Origin: Antedon mediterranea
Taxonomy: Eukaryota > Animalia > Echinodermata
Direction of reading: 5' to 3'
Assembly: GCF_964355755.1 (NCBI RefSeq)
Contig: NC_092674.1
Span: 682,001-746,000 of the forward strand
DNA length: 64,000 bases
The notes under the pieces were generated by a model, which saw only the letters and a program-made list of their open reading frames with translations, was not told the origin of the DNA and made no database searches. Shown here piece after piece: positions 39,002 to 52,251 of this stretch; within the stretch, counting starts at the first letter, position 1, and every line of letters starts with the position of its first letter. A program made the translations under genes and the position numbers.

Positions 39002-39366
39002 GATGATGTCACACATGAATGGCATTCATAAATCGTCATCTTTACTTCAGCAAGTAAATTGATACATTATGATGATGATAATAATAACGATGATGATGAT
39101 AATAACGATGATGATGATAATAATGATGATGATAACGATGTCGATGATGTCACACATGAATGACATTCATAAATTGTCATCTTTACTTCAGCAAAATTGA
39201 TGTCAGATATGATAATAACGATGATATGATAATATTAAATGATGATAACATTGATGATGATAACGATGACGATGATGATAACGATGATGATGATAACGAT
39301 GATAATGATAACGAAGATGATGATAACGATGATGATGATGGTGATGATGATGATAACTATGATGAT
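39002..39366. repeat. (GAT)n/(GATAAC) microsatellite with duplicated 50-bp flank
   Basis: GAT runs at 39068-39148 and 39210-39366; GATGATGTCACACATGAATG..CATTCATAAAT repeated near 39002 and 39143. Confidence 0.9.
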
Positions 39367-39456
39367 GTTTGTTTGGTCATCCTTTCCATTTAAACAAAAA
39401 GTCCAAATTTATTATTATGAATTTACTTTTTTAATTTCAGAGAACTGTTTGGGACG

Positions 39457-40761
39457 ATGAATGTGGCAAAACGCGCAGTGACGTTATTTATATTTGTTTC
39501 CATGACGATGCTTGTATTACTAAACTGGATCAGTAACCAAGACAATGAGTTTGATTCATCAGAAAATGGACGCTTCGGTAAGAAAATAATATATGATTAT
39601 GAAACGTCAAAGACGCATCAATTAAAAGGTCAAGACACCCGAAAAGGTATCACCGCCAGCGCCTCGAAACTCAAACCGTCATATCCGGAACATGGAAACG
39701 TTAATCCTAGTAACAGTCACGTAAAGGTCATCCTTCTTGGAAACATGCGAACGGGGTCAAGTTATGTCGGGGAAATATTCAACCAAAATCCTGATTTCTT
39801 TTACGTGTTTGAGCCCCTCCATGCCGTTGATAAACGCTACGAAATTAGCCCATCTGAGCAGACAAGTTCGGGAATTGTAGCGAAATATGCAAGCGCTTTA
39901 CGAAACATACCTAAATGCAAATTTTCATCTAATTTTGTTAGTGACTTAAGTGACTGGGGGTTATCAAAGAAGATGAGTAATGATATTAGTGATTTATGTA
40001 AAAAGAGGACTCGTTCTTGTAAAAAATTTAGCGTTTCCGAGGCGCGCGCATTCGTAGTGCAACTGAGTCGCGAGTGTCAGAGTCGAAAACACTTCGCAAC
40101 TAAAACAATCCGCGCAGATTTTTCTCTTATGAAAATTTTACTAGAAGGAGGAATGGATTTTAAAATCATCCAGCTCATTAGGGACCCACGAGCGGTCGCA
40201 AATGCAAGGAAGAATTATTATAAGACGTCTGTTGAAAATCTTATCAAACAAAGTGGTAGTCGAATGGATGCTGCTATATTGAATTCACCAAACCTAACAT
40301 TGTACGATGTTGAGCATTCGTCCTTATCTGTACGAACGATACAAAGTTATTGTAAATGGATATGGAACAGCATGGGATGGATAGACGAAAAACCAGAATG
40401 GTTACGTAACAGATATAAATTAATTCGTTATGAAGATTTCGTAATGGACCCAATTAAAATCAGCAAGCAAATTTATGACTTCATTGGCGTTCCATATCAT
40501 GAACGTGTACAATCATGGTTAGTTGACGCAAATAAGATCGAAAATACTAATCGGGACTTGTTTCAGACAAGAAAAAAGAAATCAGTTGAGGAATTATTCC
40601 TTTGGAGAAAAATGTTAACGTATGCGGAAATTAAAGAAGTACAGGACACGTGTGCGGGCGTCCTCCAATCTCTGGGGTATACAAAATTAAATAATGAAAG
40701 GGAATTAAAAGACGATAACATTCAAATGCTTTCTAGTATAGAATTTGAAGAAAGAAGATAA
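39457..40761 (+). CDS. Golgi carbohydrate sulfotransferase (CHST1/3/4/5-like 6-O-sulfotransferase family), single coding exon
   Basis: N-terminal TM anchor, 5'-PSB MRTGSSYVGEIF, FYVFEPL, 3'-PB LIRDPRAVANAR, RYEDF; 434 aa. Confidence 0.92.
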   Translation: MNVAKRAVTLFIFVSMTMLVLLNWISNQDNEFDSSENGRFGKKIIYDYETSKTHQLKGQDTRKGITASASKLKPSYPEHGNVNPSNSHVKVILLGNMRTGSSYVGEIFNQNPDFFYVFEPLHAVDKRYEISPSEQTSSGIVAKYASALRNIPKCKFSSNFVSDLSDWGLSKKMSNDISDLCKKRTRSCKKFSVSEARAFVVQLSRECQSRKHFATKTIRADFSLMKILLEGGMDFKIIQLIRDPRAVANARKNYYKTSVENLIKQSGSRMDAAILNSPNLTLYDVEHSSLSVRTIQSYCKWIWNSMGWIDEKPEWLRNRYKLIRYEDFVMDPIKISKQIYDFIGVPYHERVQSWLVDANKIENTNRDLFQTRKKKSVEELFLWRKMLTYAEIKEVQDTCAGVLQSLGYTKLNNERELKDDNIQMLSSIEFEERR

Positions 40762-41574
40762 TGACGTGTTGCCGGACACAATGTGCGCAGATACAAAGTA
40801 GCTGCGTACATAGTTTGTAATTATTTGCAATTATCCATATGTCCAAAATATTGTGGATCTAAGAAAACTTGTTTCTATATTTCGTTTAGGCTAAACATAT
40901 GGAATCTATTTTTATAACGCATGCACATTAAACATTACGTTTCGTCGTCCAGAGAAAGATTACAAAGTAGTGACGTCAACAAAATATACGAGCAAACTCC
41001 TATCGTCAATAAAATCAACAATTGTTTTAATTTGTGTCTTTTTATACGGGAATACTGTATGTATATTTTTTTTAATCAGCTTGGTTCCACTCAAGGTTCC
41101 AACACGATGGATCAACTCAATTGCGTTGTGCTTATACGCGCGCATTTGCACCCAAGTGATAAACATAGCATCCCTGTGTATTTTAATTAGACCTACAGTA
41201 TAACTAAAAATACGATGATGATTATATCATGGGCGCCGAGAGAACCTCCCTCAACTCGTTCGAATAAATATTTAACGTTATAGATCATTTGATGTAAACT
41301 AACCATACATCTATCATGAGATAGTAATTACCGATGTTCAATCATATTTCTCACCGTCGTCTCCTGTGGAATACCTGGGATATATGACGCAATATGATAC
41401 TCTTGATTATTTAAAAAAATTCATTGATATCTGTATGTTATTTACAACGAACAGGACAACGAACGTCATTTGGATTTTGATTTCCATTATAGCAAAGAGA
41501 AAAACATCTGTGACTGGACAAATCTAATGAGATTCATTTTATTTCAATCTGGTAAAGTCATACCATCTGAGATT

Positions 41575-42203
41575 GATGAATCGTGTGGTTTTTGTGAAGA
41601 AACACACACGTGCGTCATATCTATCTGAGATTGTGTGTTGTGAAGCACACGTGCGTCATATTCTATGTGTGTTGAGAAGCACACGCGCGTCATATCTATC
41701 TCTGAGATATCGTGTGTTGTGAAGCACACGTGCGTCATATCTCTGAGATATCGTGTGTTAAGCACACGCCCGTCATATCTATCGTGTCTTGTGAAGCACA
41801 CGCGCGTCATATCTATCTGAGATATCGTGTGTTGTGAAGCACACGCGCGTCATATCTATCGTGTGTTGTGAAGCACACGCGCGTCATATCTGAGATATCA
41901 TGTGTTGTGAAGCACACGGCGTCATCTGAGATATCGTGTGTTGTGAAGCACACGCGCGTCATCTGAGATATCGTGTGTTGTGAAGCACACGCGCGTCATC
42001 TGAGATATCGTGTGTTGTGAAGCACACGCGCGTCATCTGAGATATCGTGTGTTGTGAAGCACACGCGCGACATATCTATCTGAGATATCGTGTGTTGTGA
42101 AGCACGCGCGCGTCATCTGAGATATTGTGTGTTGTGAGGCACACGCGCGTTATATCTATCTGAGATATCGTGTTGTGAAGCACACGTGCGTTATCTGAGA
42201 TAT
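41575..42203. repeat. Minisatellite with variable 36-44-bp unit
   Basis: Repeated TGAGATATCGTGTGTTGTGAAGCACACGCGCGTCAT(ATCTAT)C. Confidence 0.92.
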
Positions 42204-43632
42204 TGATACGGGAAAGTCAACTTAGGATAACCCCCTATACTCTAACATTATGATGTTGTAGGCTTATTCATCATGGTTAACTAAAAATATTATGGTTATG
42301 CCTACCATACAAGAATGAGAAAACAAAAGGGAAAAGAAGTGAATATGAATCCTGTTTTGCGGGAACATTCCTCTGCTCTCATTGATTACGAATGATTTTC
42401 GCGTCACAAGTAAATCGAAATATATGAATACGCGTGCTATATTAACCAAAATATTCAATTCGGGCGATCCAGATACAGGGGCCAAACTAAACTTTACCGG
42501 CTCAGACACAAATTGGTATTTCAATTTCAAAATGAACGTGACAATAAGGAAAGATAAATTCTAGCCCAAAGGCAAATCAAATATGCGTCTACGTCCAAAT
42601 AGATACGCGTCAGCACGTAGTCAATCAAATAAATGCATACATAGTTAGTTAATCTTAATTAGCATTCACAAGTTCAGACTTATTATTTGTGTGTCTAGTG
42701 TACAAAAACTTGTGTCGAATATAATTAACTTATTTACGTTTATTGATATCGTCGTGCGAGGTGTTAACTAATTTTCGGTTAGACGCGTACGGATTTCAGA
42801 CATCAATTAAATAAGATAATAGGAATTCTAATTGCAAGAAATTACATGAGAATTTATCCATCCTGTTATTGGAAAGTTACTTGCTGTTGATGTGTATGGA
42901 ATATTTTTAAAAAATCTATTTAATTATTGATGCATTGAGGGTAGATGATTATTTGTTATATTTTCTTGCTGTTGACTGATTGTATGTAATGATAACATAA
43001 TTCAATTGAGTTGCTGTCTCAGGTTTGTGACGATGTTTTTGTGTGTAGGCCTACAGTCAAAGAATGAGGAAGGGCAAGCTACAGCCTACCACTGTTGATG
43101 ATTGAATATGTTTAAAATTATTATCTACTATACACTATCTTCATATTTTTGTCGTATTATAAATATGTATACATATCAAGTCAATTTTTATATTTTCTTC
43201 TACATCAGGAGAAATCATCAGATTTCATAATTCTGGCAAACCTATCAAAACACAGACGTCTCTTCTGCAATATTAATGGAAAGTGATCTATCCTCAAAAG
43301 AAATATTATCTTCATCAAATTCACGTCGTTTATGATTTCAACTGCCTGCATTATAACATATCCCTTTCCATCTTATACAATATCTCAAAATTACACATCT
43401 CCACAATTTCATGGGGCGAATTAAGGGGCATCGTTCATTCAATATCGTGCTTTTTTTAATGATTTTTTTACTTTCGAGTTTCTATTGAAACCGTTTCATT
43501 ATTTATAATAAATGTTAATGCTAAAATGCTAATTTGGACTTGCATTGATACGATGACGCTCCATAATATCAGCAGGACTGATTTAAATTTAAATATGATG
43601 TAATGAACTGATAGTGGGAACTGTAATTACAC

Positions 43633-43703
43633 CATGGAGAAATAAGTTAGTCTAGAAATTAGATGGTCTAGAAATAATGTTAGCCCTAACTTATTTCTCC
43701 ATG
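43633..43703. mobile_element. 71-bp P-type mini element or footprint
   Basis: TIR CATGGAGAAATAAGTTAG / CTAACTTATTTCTCCATG with 7-bp TSD ATTACAC. Confidence 0.8.
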
Positions 43704-44997
43704 ATTACACTTATAATTGCATCAACGGCGGAGCATTCGAGTTACTGAACAAGTGGAATGGAAACTTATGTATTACTGTACTCGCAAGACTGCATATACA
43801 GTATACACTTATCTTAATCGCAAGACTGCATATACAGTATACACTTATCTTAAAACAGATTTAAAGTAGATATCATAGAACTTCTATTCTAGGAACACGC
43901 TTGGTTCCTAAAAGTGTCCCTTAATAGAGGTATCGCCAGAATAGGAGTTGGCTGTAGGAATACTGTATTTCCCCTTTTCTTCATTTCAAGTGGAAAATGT
44001 TTCTTATATACTAAGGTGTCTTCCGAACCGAATATAGGTGTACCAATGGAGTTGCTGTTGCAGTATAAAGTTTGACATAAATACAGGATGTTTAGTTCAC
44101 AATCCAAAAAAGGAAGCATGTTAAATCATTACCGGGATAAAAAATACAGACATAAATATCAAATCATAAATTTATTCTCTTTGAAAGTAAATATACAAAC
44201 TAAAGAAAGTTAAATATTTAAATATTAATTGCCATTCCCAAAATGATAAAAAAATACACTGTTTTGCATAAAATAATAACTCATAATATAGCACATTTCC
44301 TGGATGATAAAACTACAGGTGGCGCCATCTTGATATGACGTAGAGGTAAAGGTAGCATACAGTTGCATACAACACCACCTTACACTGTTTACTGATAATT
44401 CTTCATTTGTCCATAATAAAAATACCAAAAGGTAAAAATGAGTAGAATACAGATAAATGTAGATAGTTAGATATAGACTAAAAGATGTAACACATTCAGT
44501 GTTCTCCTAATACCGAGCAGGATAATTAGAGAATGTTTATCAGCTCTGCATGAACATTTTGCCAACCCTATACTATACAACAATAAAATAATACTTTATA
44601 AAAATTACTACAATAATACTGCAGCAGAAAGTTTGGGGTATGAATCTTGGTTGGACCAGCGTTTTTTCAATCTCACAAATTTTCTCATCTTAACTGTTTA
44701 CAAATAAAATATATCATTGTTATAAAAAATGTTTAAAAAAATGAAAATAATGTTAGACTTGACTGAAGACTTTATAATTCTTTAGAAAAAACATTGTTAT
44801 GGATAACTTGGAAGATAAGACGCCAACAAGTATAGTCATTTTATTGATGAAACTTTTTCACACAATCTTAACAATGCTCCTATCCAGTTAGGTTACATTA
44901 AGTGAGCATTATTTAAAAGCAAATCAAAATGTTATGATCGTTGGATGATGAGGAAACTTGTACTGTCAAACTTGACTATTCCTGTCAAATGTTACCA

Positions 44998-46206
44998 TTA
45001 AAGGATGAAATCCCCAAATTCAAAAGAAGTAAAAACTGGAACACTAAAGTTCTGCAGATCTGAATCATTGTACATTTTAATGTACCCTAACTCAGCCATA
45101 ACATCACCACACAAATGCTGAACGAGTAAAACATCTTTTAACGACAATGAAGAGCGCCAACTGGTGGCGGTATATGTTGAGTTACGCAATGTGCTAAATG
45201 TTGATGGTTTTTTTACATTTTCTGCATTTGTGTTGTTAATTAACCATTGCTTAACATTCTCTGGTAATGGCACACCCAGGAATTCATAAATTTTGTTGGT
45301 GGTTTCCAAGGGGTTCACTGAGAAGTCCTCATAGCGGAGAATCTTATAGCGACCTTGTAACCATTTTGGTTGTTTGATTGCATATGATAATGTTTTACGC
45401 ATCCATTTACAAAGTTTAGGAATGGTATTCATCCTACGAGATGGGTTCTCTTCCAGTAAACCCATTTCATTTAATGATGGTAAAAATCCTTTAACTTTTT
45501 GGTGTTTCTTTCCGTAATATGACCTACGTGAATTAGCAGTCCCTCTTGGATCACGCACTAAATGAATAATTTTGACATTTTGATGCTCATCTTCTACTAG
45601 AGATTGTAGAACTTCAATATCGGATCTTATAAACTTCATAGCCAAATTAGCACCAAGTTTTTTACATGCTTTATTAAAAAGGACTGGATCAGCCTGTTTA
45701 CACTTTAAAGTCTTCTTACAAATAGGTGAGACATTCTTACTTTTTGACCTTGCAAGCGGCCATATTGCAATACCCTGTACGAATGGTAACGTAAAATCAC
45801 ACATGCTTATTTTGCGCAAAAGTTTAAATGACTCTCCTGAAAATGTTTTGTCCGATTTACTAATTAATCCTTTTCTTTGTTGGACATCAATACTTTGCAA
45901 TGGTTCAAAAAGATAAAATAAATCATTATTTTGGTTTAGAATTTCTCCAATAAACGTAGAACCTGTCCTCATTCTTCCAACAAGCATAATTTTCAATCCA
46001 TATTTTTGCCGACGAGATTTTGATGACAAACTGCCTCTAAAATCTATCATTCTGCTTAAACCAGCGTTTTTTGTTGAGAAAGTGTTGTGAGAGTTGATTG
46101 GGTAATTGATGATCTCTTGAGTGTTGAGGTCAACATTGGTGTATACAATAAATATAGACAGAATAGACCCAATGAATAATACTGCAAGACCAGCAATCTG
46201 CTTCAT
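44998..46206 (-). CDS. Second Golgi carbohydrate sulfotransferase (CHST1/3/4/5-like), single coding exon
   Basis: TM anchor, MRTGSTFIGEIL, FYLFEPL, HLVRDPRGTANSR, RYEDF; 402 aa. Confidence 0.92.
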   Translation of the reverse strand: MKQIAGLAVLFIGSILSIFIVYTNVDLNTQEIINYPINSHNTFSTKNAGLSRMIDFRGSLSSKSRRQKYGLKIMLVGRMRTGSTFIGEILNQNNDLFYLFEPLQSIDVQQRKGLISKSDKTFSGESFKLLRKISMCDFTLPFVQGIAIWPLARSKSKNVSPICKKTLKCKQADPVLFNKACKKLGANLAMKFIRSDIEVLQSLVEDEHQNVKIIHLVRDPRGTANSRRSYYGKKHQKVKGFLPSLNEMGLLEENPSRRMNTIPKLCKWMRKTLSYAIKQPKWLQGRYKILRYEDFSVNPLETTNKIYEFLGVPLPENVKQWLINNTNAENVKKPSTFSTLRNSTYTATSWRSSLSLKDVLLVQHLCGDVMAELGYIKMYNDSDLQNFSVPVFTSFEFGDFIL

Positions 46207-48714
46207 TCTGCACTCTATAGTTTAAGATCTACATCTGCAGTATTCTTCCAGTCATATAAATTCAGTCTTACTTTCAACCACTCAGCTTCAATTCATACAG
46301 ATCCATAGCAAAATACTGAAAAAAGGTCAGATTGGTTTACAAGTCTAAGTACAGTGAATTAAATACTACACAATTGTTCAATATAAATAAATTGTCATGG
46401 TTACACACACCACAAATTTGAAGAATACCACAATAAAATAATAAATACACATAAAGATAGATTTTTACAATGTATTTAACATACTGTAAACTACATACTG
46501 AAATAACATGCAAATTATTATGGTATAAAACTCCATGAACTTTAACTGGAAATATAAATCTATAGTATCATTCATAGACGTCAGCAATTAATGGCATTTT
46601 AAGCTTTGTATTTCACAAATAGCATTGTTTATAGCTGTTACTCGATCTTCTCTATTTCAGAATTTCAAAATGTGCTGGTTGACTGAGAAGAACCATATTA
46701 AGAGCCATTGTAACTTAAAAGCAATGTTTATTAAGGAATATTAATAAAGTTAAATTTAACATTTTTGTTGTTTTGGATATTACAGAAATTCTTCAGTATA
46801 TTGTTTGTGACACACGATTCTAATCTCTAGGCATTTACTACACTTTCTATTTAAATTACCTTATAAGATGGATGATGAATCTAATGATATGGTGCATAAC
46901 ATTACACGGCCTCTAAGGACTCATATAATTATCAATATAAAAAATACATGTATTTTTCTTATAAAAATATTATATTATCAATATTTGTATTCACAATGTT
47001 AAATGTAGCTTATTCAAATTGCATTTAATATGAAGCTATTACCATATTGAGTACAGCTCCCGGTACATCCTCTCAACTAAATTTGTCAAGTAGCTTGTGG
47101 TGACCTTGTTAATTAGATAATGAAGATTATGGGATATATCTTTTAAGGTCTACAAAGAAAATGGGTTTAGAAATCAATCTTAAACTTTGAATGGTCAATA
47201 TCCTTAAATGAAAATTGTTTTTTTTAAACTGCAAGCTACCAAAAAAAGGCGAGCTACTGTCCCAATTGGGATCCCTTATTTAAATTTTCATAATTTCCAG
47301 CTTGCCTATACTAAAAACCACTGACACACCTTTAACTTAGTGGATATGATGAACATTGAGGGAGTGAAACGTATCCTGTTTGAAGACAAGGACAATGAAT
47401 TTAATCGTTTGGTCGCATCAACCAAAAGTAGAAGAATGAATGGACTTAATTCTTGATTAAACAACAACAATTAAAATGGTGTAAAAGGGTGACTGGATAT
47501 ATTTCAAAAATTGTCAACGTGTAAAACTAAAATTGATTCTCTGATGTGATAAGTAGTTATAGTTAGGCATACATCAACACAGTTTAATTTATAATTCTAT
47601 TTTTTTACACTTTCATTTTTTTACAAACATTTATTTATTATTTAATTATAGTAATTCTTCATATTATTATAATACAAGATATAGAAATATGTCATGCAAT
47701 CATCATATTCATAATGTAAAAAATAATGAAATAAATTTTACAAACTTTACATCACTATGAAAAATGTGTATGTTCTACCTAATATGCACCTCAACACACC
47801 ATATAGGCCTACGGTAGAGGAGAATGAGTAGTAGTATTGGAAACCCAGCCATATGGCCATATCATAATGCATGCCTACACACGACACATGTAGGCCTCCT
47901 ACTCACTACACTAGCTAGTAACATAGACTGCCTGCTCTTTGTGGAACTCCGTATCTTTATACAAACAAGTCTAAAAACTAGCTACATACATACATGGGTT
48001 AAATACTCACTTTTTTTAAAATATTATTTGTTTGTGTTCAATCAACTTTAGTTAGTACAGTAGTAGGGTCTAGCCCCTTCGCTTGACCCTCTTCTTTTCT
48101 TTTTCCGCGATCAATCCCAAAAGAACAACAAAAGACGTTTTAAAGATTTAACCTTTAACCTCAAGGTTCGATTGGAAAATTGTATGATTCCGTCTATACT
48201 AGTCTCGAAGTAAACTTTTGCGCATGCACACACATTTAAGTGGTGGATAATCAATAGTATCAAAGATACACTATCTTTGATAGTATCCAATCGAATACAT
48301 AATAGATGGCGCGAACTTCCCAATGTGTTGTTTTCCGATTCAAGTTGTCATACAAAAAATAGGTATTTAATATACATATGTAAGAGTTTTATACTTTCTA
48401 TTACTAGTACTTCTATTTCTACTACTATATATAATACTAGAGGATAGAGCGTCTAGATCTAGCAAGCCTAGCTATGGCGGTGTGAAAGGCGTGTATTACT
48501 ATTTAGCCAGCCAGTAGTAGTAGTAGGCCTACCTACTACTACACTGTCTGTTGTGGCAGTGTGAGTGGTACATTGGTGGTGGTAGGCTAACTAGGCCTAG
48601 ACTCTAGACGGAGCTCTTTCTTTATTATATTAAATATAATACAGTCTACTGTAGTAGTCCTAGGCCTAGTTGGTATTTTGAAATGTTATTTAGAAAATTA
48701 TCTTTTTACAGAAA

Positions 48715-51700
48715 ATGGATGCATTTTTAAAGACGAAAAGTGGATTACCAATTCAAAAACCAAAGAAAAAAGATGAAGAAGGAAGTAGCGAAAGAAAGAA
48801 AAGTGCTGTGACGCCTTGGGTTGAAAAATAGTAAGAGTTTCAAACTTTTTCTAATTAAAATGTTAGTTATATTATTATTATTATTATCAAAACTATGAGA
48901 ACATATTTAGAGGACATTGGTTGTCTTTTTTTAAAACTACTTCATTTTTACTCTTTTCAGTCGTCCAAAGACCGTTGATGAAGTTTCATTCCAAGACGAA
49001 GTGGTAGCTGTCCTGAAAAAGTCGTTGGAAGGCGCAGATGTAAGATCTTTTAAGCTCTGTCTACACTATCAAGCTAGTTTGACATCATCATGTCCATATA
49101 TGGGCACATCACATTTTTTTGTCACATAATGTTTAATAGTTCAGACAGAACTTTACATTTGTTTCAATTTCATTTCACTAATACATAGTTGATGAATTCT
49201 TCAAATTTTAAAGAGTTAATGGTTTTTTTTCACATTTCAGTTGCCAAACCTCCTTTTCTATGGACCTCCTGGTACAGGAAAAACATCTACAATTCTAGCC
49301 ATCTCAAGAGAATTATTTAGGTATTAACAATTACTTTTCATTGGCATCTTCATCTGGCAGAGGAGATGGCCATACATAAAGAAAAATATATAACAGTATA
49401 ATGAAAACTAACAAATTATATATAAATATGTATGTTCTTCAAAATAGAATACAGTATTATTGTGGTGAACCCATTCACCCTAGTTACCCACATAACATCC
49501 TTTTATTTCATACAAGATTTCTCCTTAAAGAGTTTCATAATAAAATCCAGTGTAAAAATCCCAGACTGTATTGCTGTATAGCCTATAGTATTATATGATC
49601 TCCCACTAAGCCTTTAGCATTGAACAGCTTGTGGGATATCTACATCACACACCTAACCCTATCCGTCGTTCAATAGTGACAACCCTCTTCAAGTTATCCT
49701 ATGACCACCGCTACATTCTACTGAATTTGGCATGTTTTTTTTACAGTGCTGATATATACAAATCCAGAGTTTTAGAACTGAATGCTTCTGATGAAAGAGG
49801 AATTAATGTTGTTCGTGACAAAATAAAAAATTTTGCTCAACACACAGCTAATACAACAAAACCAGAGTGAGTAACTTTGACATTTTTATTGTCTATTTCG
49901 TGCCTAGGTTACATGGATAAACCGACAATAGCCCATGTTCTCCAGAGGTAGGGCTTAGATACGAAAAGTAAAAGTTCCTCCTCCTGGACCATAAAGAACC
50001 AGTCCGCAACAACGCCCTTATGTGAGAATTTATTTTTTGAATTATTATTGAAAATACTGACATTAATACTGTACAAAGAAATATATGTACAGTAAGTGTA
50101 ATACATTAGAAGATTTTCAAGTATGTAACCCAAAAAGCTTAGTAGCTTATTTCCATTGGAGTCCTTCAGTACTTACTGTATTATAAAAATGTATCATGTA
50201 TCATGACCCCTCTTATGCAAATAACATTTAAATAACAACAATTTATGCATCATTTGTCAATTTCTAGTGGAACACCGTGTCCTCCATTTAAGATTATCAT
50301 TTTGGACGAGGCAGATTCAATGACTACGCATGCTCAGGTATTTAAAACTATTAAATACAATTTATTGTGGTATCATTTCAATATTATAACACATGGAGTG
50401 TGGAAAATGTAGGGTCAAAGGTCACACAATTGATATGAATGGGTTTATGTTCTCTAATAATATGTTTTGTTTTTTTCAGGCTGCCCTTAGACGAACTATG
50501 GAAACGCAGAGCAAAACAACAAGATTCTGTCTCATATGTAATTACATTAGCAGGTATAGCTAGATTCTAAAATGCTCTATGATTACTTGACCTAATTATA
50601 GATTTTAAATCCATAAAGCTTTATTTTTTTTACAATCTTCTTTATAGGATTATTGCACCAATCACTTCTCGTTGCGCAAAGTTTCGTTTCAAACCACTTG
50701 GAGTAAAACATCAAAAAGCGACACTTCTTAACATAGCTGGCAAGGAAAATGTTAAGTGTAGCGAACGGGTAATATCATTAATCAATTCAATCAACAATAA
50801 ATCTATTGATCAATAATTCTTTTTGTTATTGTTATTCATGTTTGTGGATCTCACAGCTTGTTGTGGCATACCATTTTGTTTGTGGATCTCACATCTTGTT
50901 GTGGCATACCATTTTGTTTGTGGATCTCACATCTTGTTGTGGCATACCATTTTGTTTGTGGATCTCACATCTTGTTGTGGCATACCATTTTGTTTGTGGA
51001 TCTCACATCTTGTTGTGGCATACCATTTTGTTTGTGGATCTCACATCTTGTTGTGGCATACCATTTTGTTTGTGGATCTCACATCTTGTTGTGGCATACC
51101 ATTTTGTTTGTGGATCTCACATCTTGTTGTGGCATACCATTTTGTTTGTGGATCTCACATCTTGTTGTGGCATACCATTTTCGACTATAATGCCATTATT
51201 ATTGTTTTATCAAATTTTCTTATTATTATACAAATTTAAATTGAAAAATTATCAATTCAATAGTCATGAAATCTATCATCAATCAATACTGTAATTATCT
51301 ATAGTCAGTAATCTATCAATCGATAATCAATAATTAATAAAAAAAATTATATAAATAAACAAAATTACTTTTGAATCACTTTCCACACACCATGTTTTCT
51401 TATAGGCATTGTTAGCAATAATACAAGTTACAGAGGGCGACCTTCGTAAAGCTATCACACTATTACAGAGTGCACATAGGCTGAAAGGGGAAGAGGGAAT
51501 CACTGAAGATGACATTCAAGAAATTGCTGGTGTAAGACATTGATTACTGCAGTAATGTCATATACTATAACTTAGCTATTTAAATATATTAATATTTATT
51601 TAACAACAGGATATTTAAATGAATATTCGTTATCTTTCCTTCATGAAATTACATAATTTTAACAGTGGTATAACACAAGGGTCAAAGGGCCTTGGTTTAG

Positions 51701-52251
51701 CACTCCTAGAGGCCCTCCAACGCTGGATAGATGCATTGGGCTTATATTCGTTTTGCCACTTTATTTTAATCGTTTCAACTGTTTCTGTAGTAATATTTTG
51801 TTTTTGTTATTTAGTCTGTACCAGTATCAGTTGTATCGGACCTGATCAAAACATGTCACTCTAACTCATTTGAGAAACTAGATGATGCAGTCACAAAGAC
51901 ACTTGCCGAGGGATATGCAGCCAGTCAGATGATACTGCAAGTAAGGCTTACACCAGACATAGGGGGTTACACCAGACATAGGGGGTTACCCCGGTTATCG
52001 GCCACTCACTCACAATATAAGAATATAATTTTAATAAAGTATAGTTTCTACAGCAAATACAATTTTGTGTTATATATTATTTTCAGATTCATGAGATAAT
52101 AGTAAGTCAACCTGATCTGAACGACAACCAGAAATCCAAGATATGCGAAAGACTGGCAATTGTTGATAAGCGTTTGATAGATGGCGCCGATGAATACCTT
52201 CAAATAATGGACCTTTTAACCGTTGTTATGACTCAATACTGTACAGCTTGA
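48715..52251 (+). CDS. RFC4: Replication factor C subunit 4, 10 coding exons
   Basis: [81 protein letters not shown]. Confidence 0.96.
50839..51181. repeat. Tandem repeat, 38 bp x 9, in an RFC4 intron
   Basis: Unit TGTTTGTGGATCTCACATCTTGTTGTGGCATACCATTT. Confidence 0.95.

Noticed and set aside
39160-39460. Poly-Asp and poly-Met ORFs
   Set aside because: Translations of a GAT microsatellite in the intron upstream of the acceptor at 39440
50806-51294. Three overlapping Cys/His/Trp-rich ORFs
   Set aside because: A stop-free 38-bp intronic tandem repeat read in three frames
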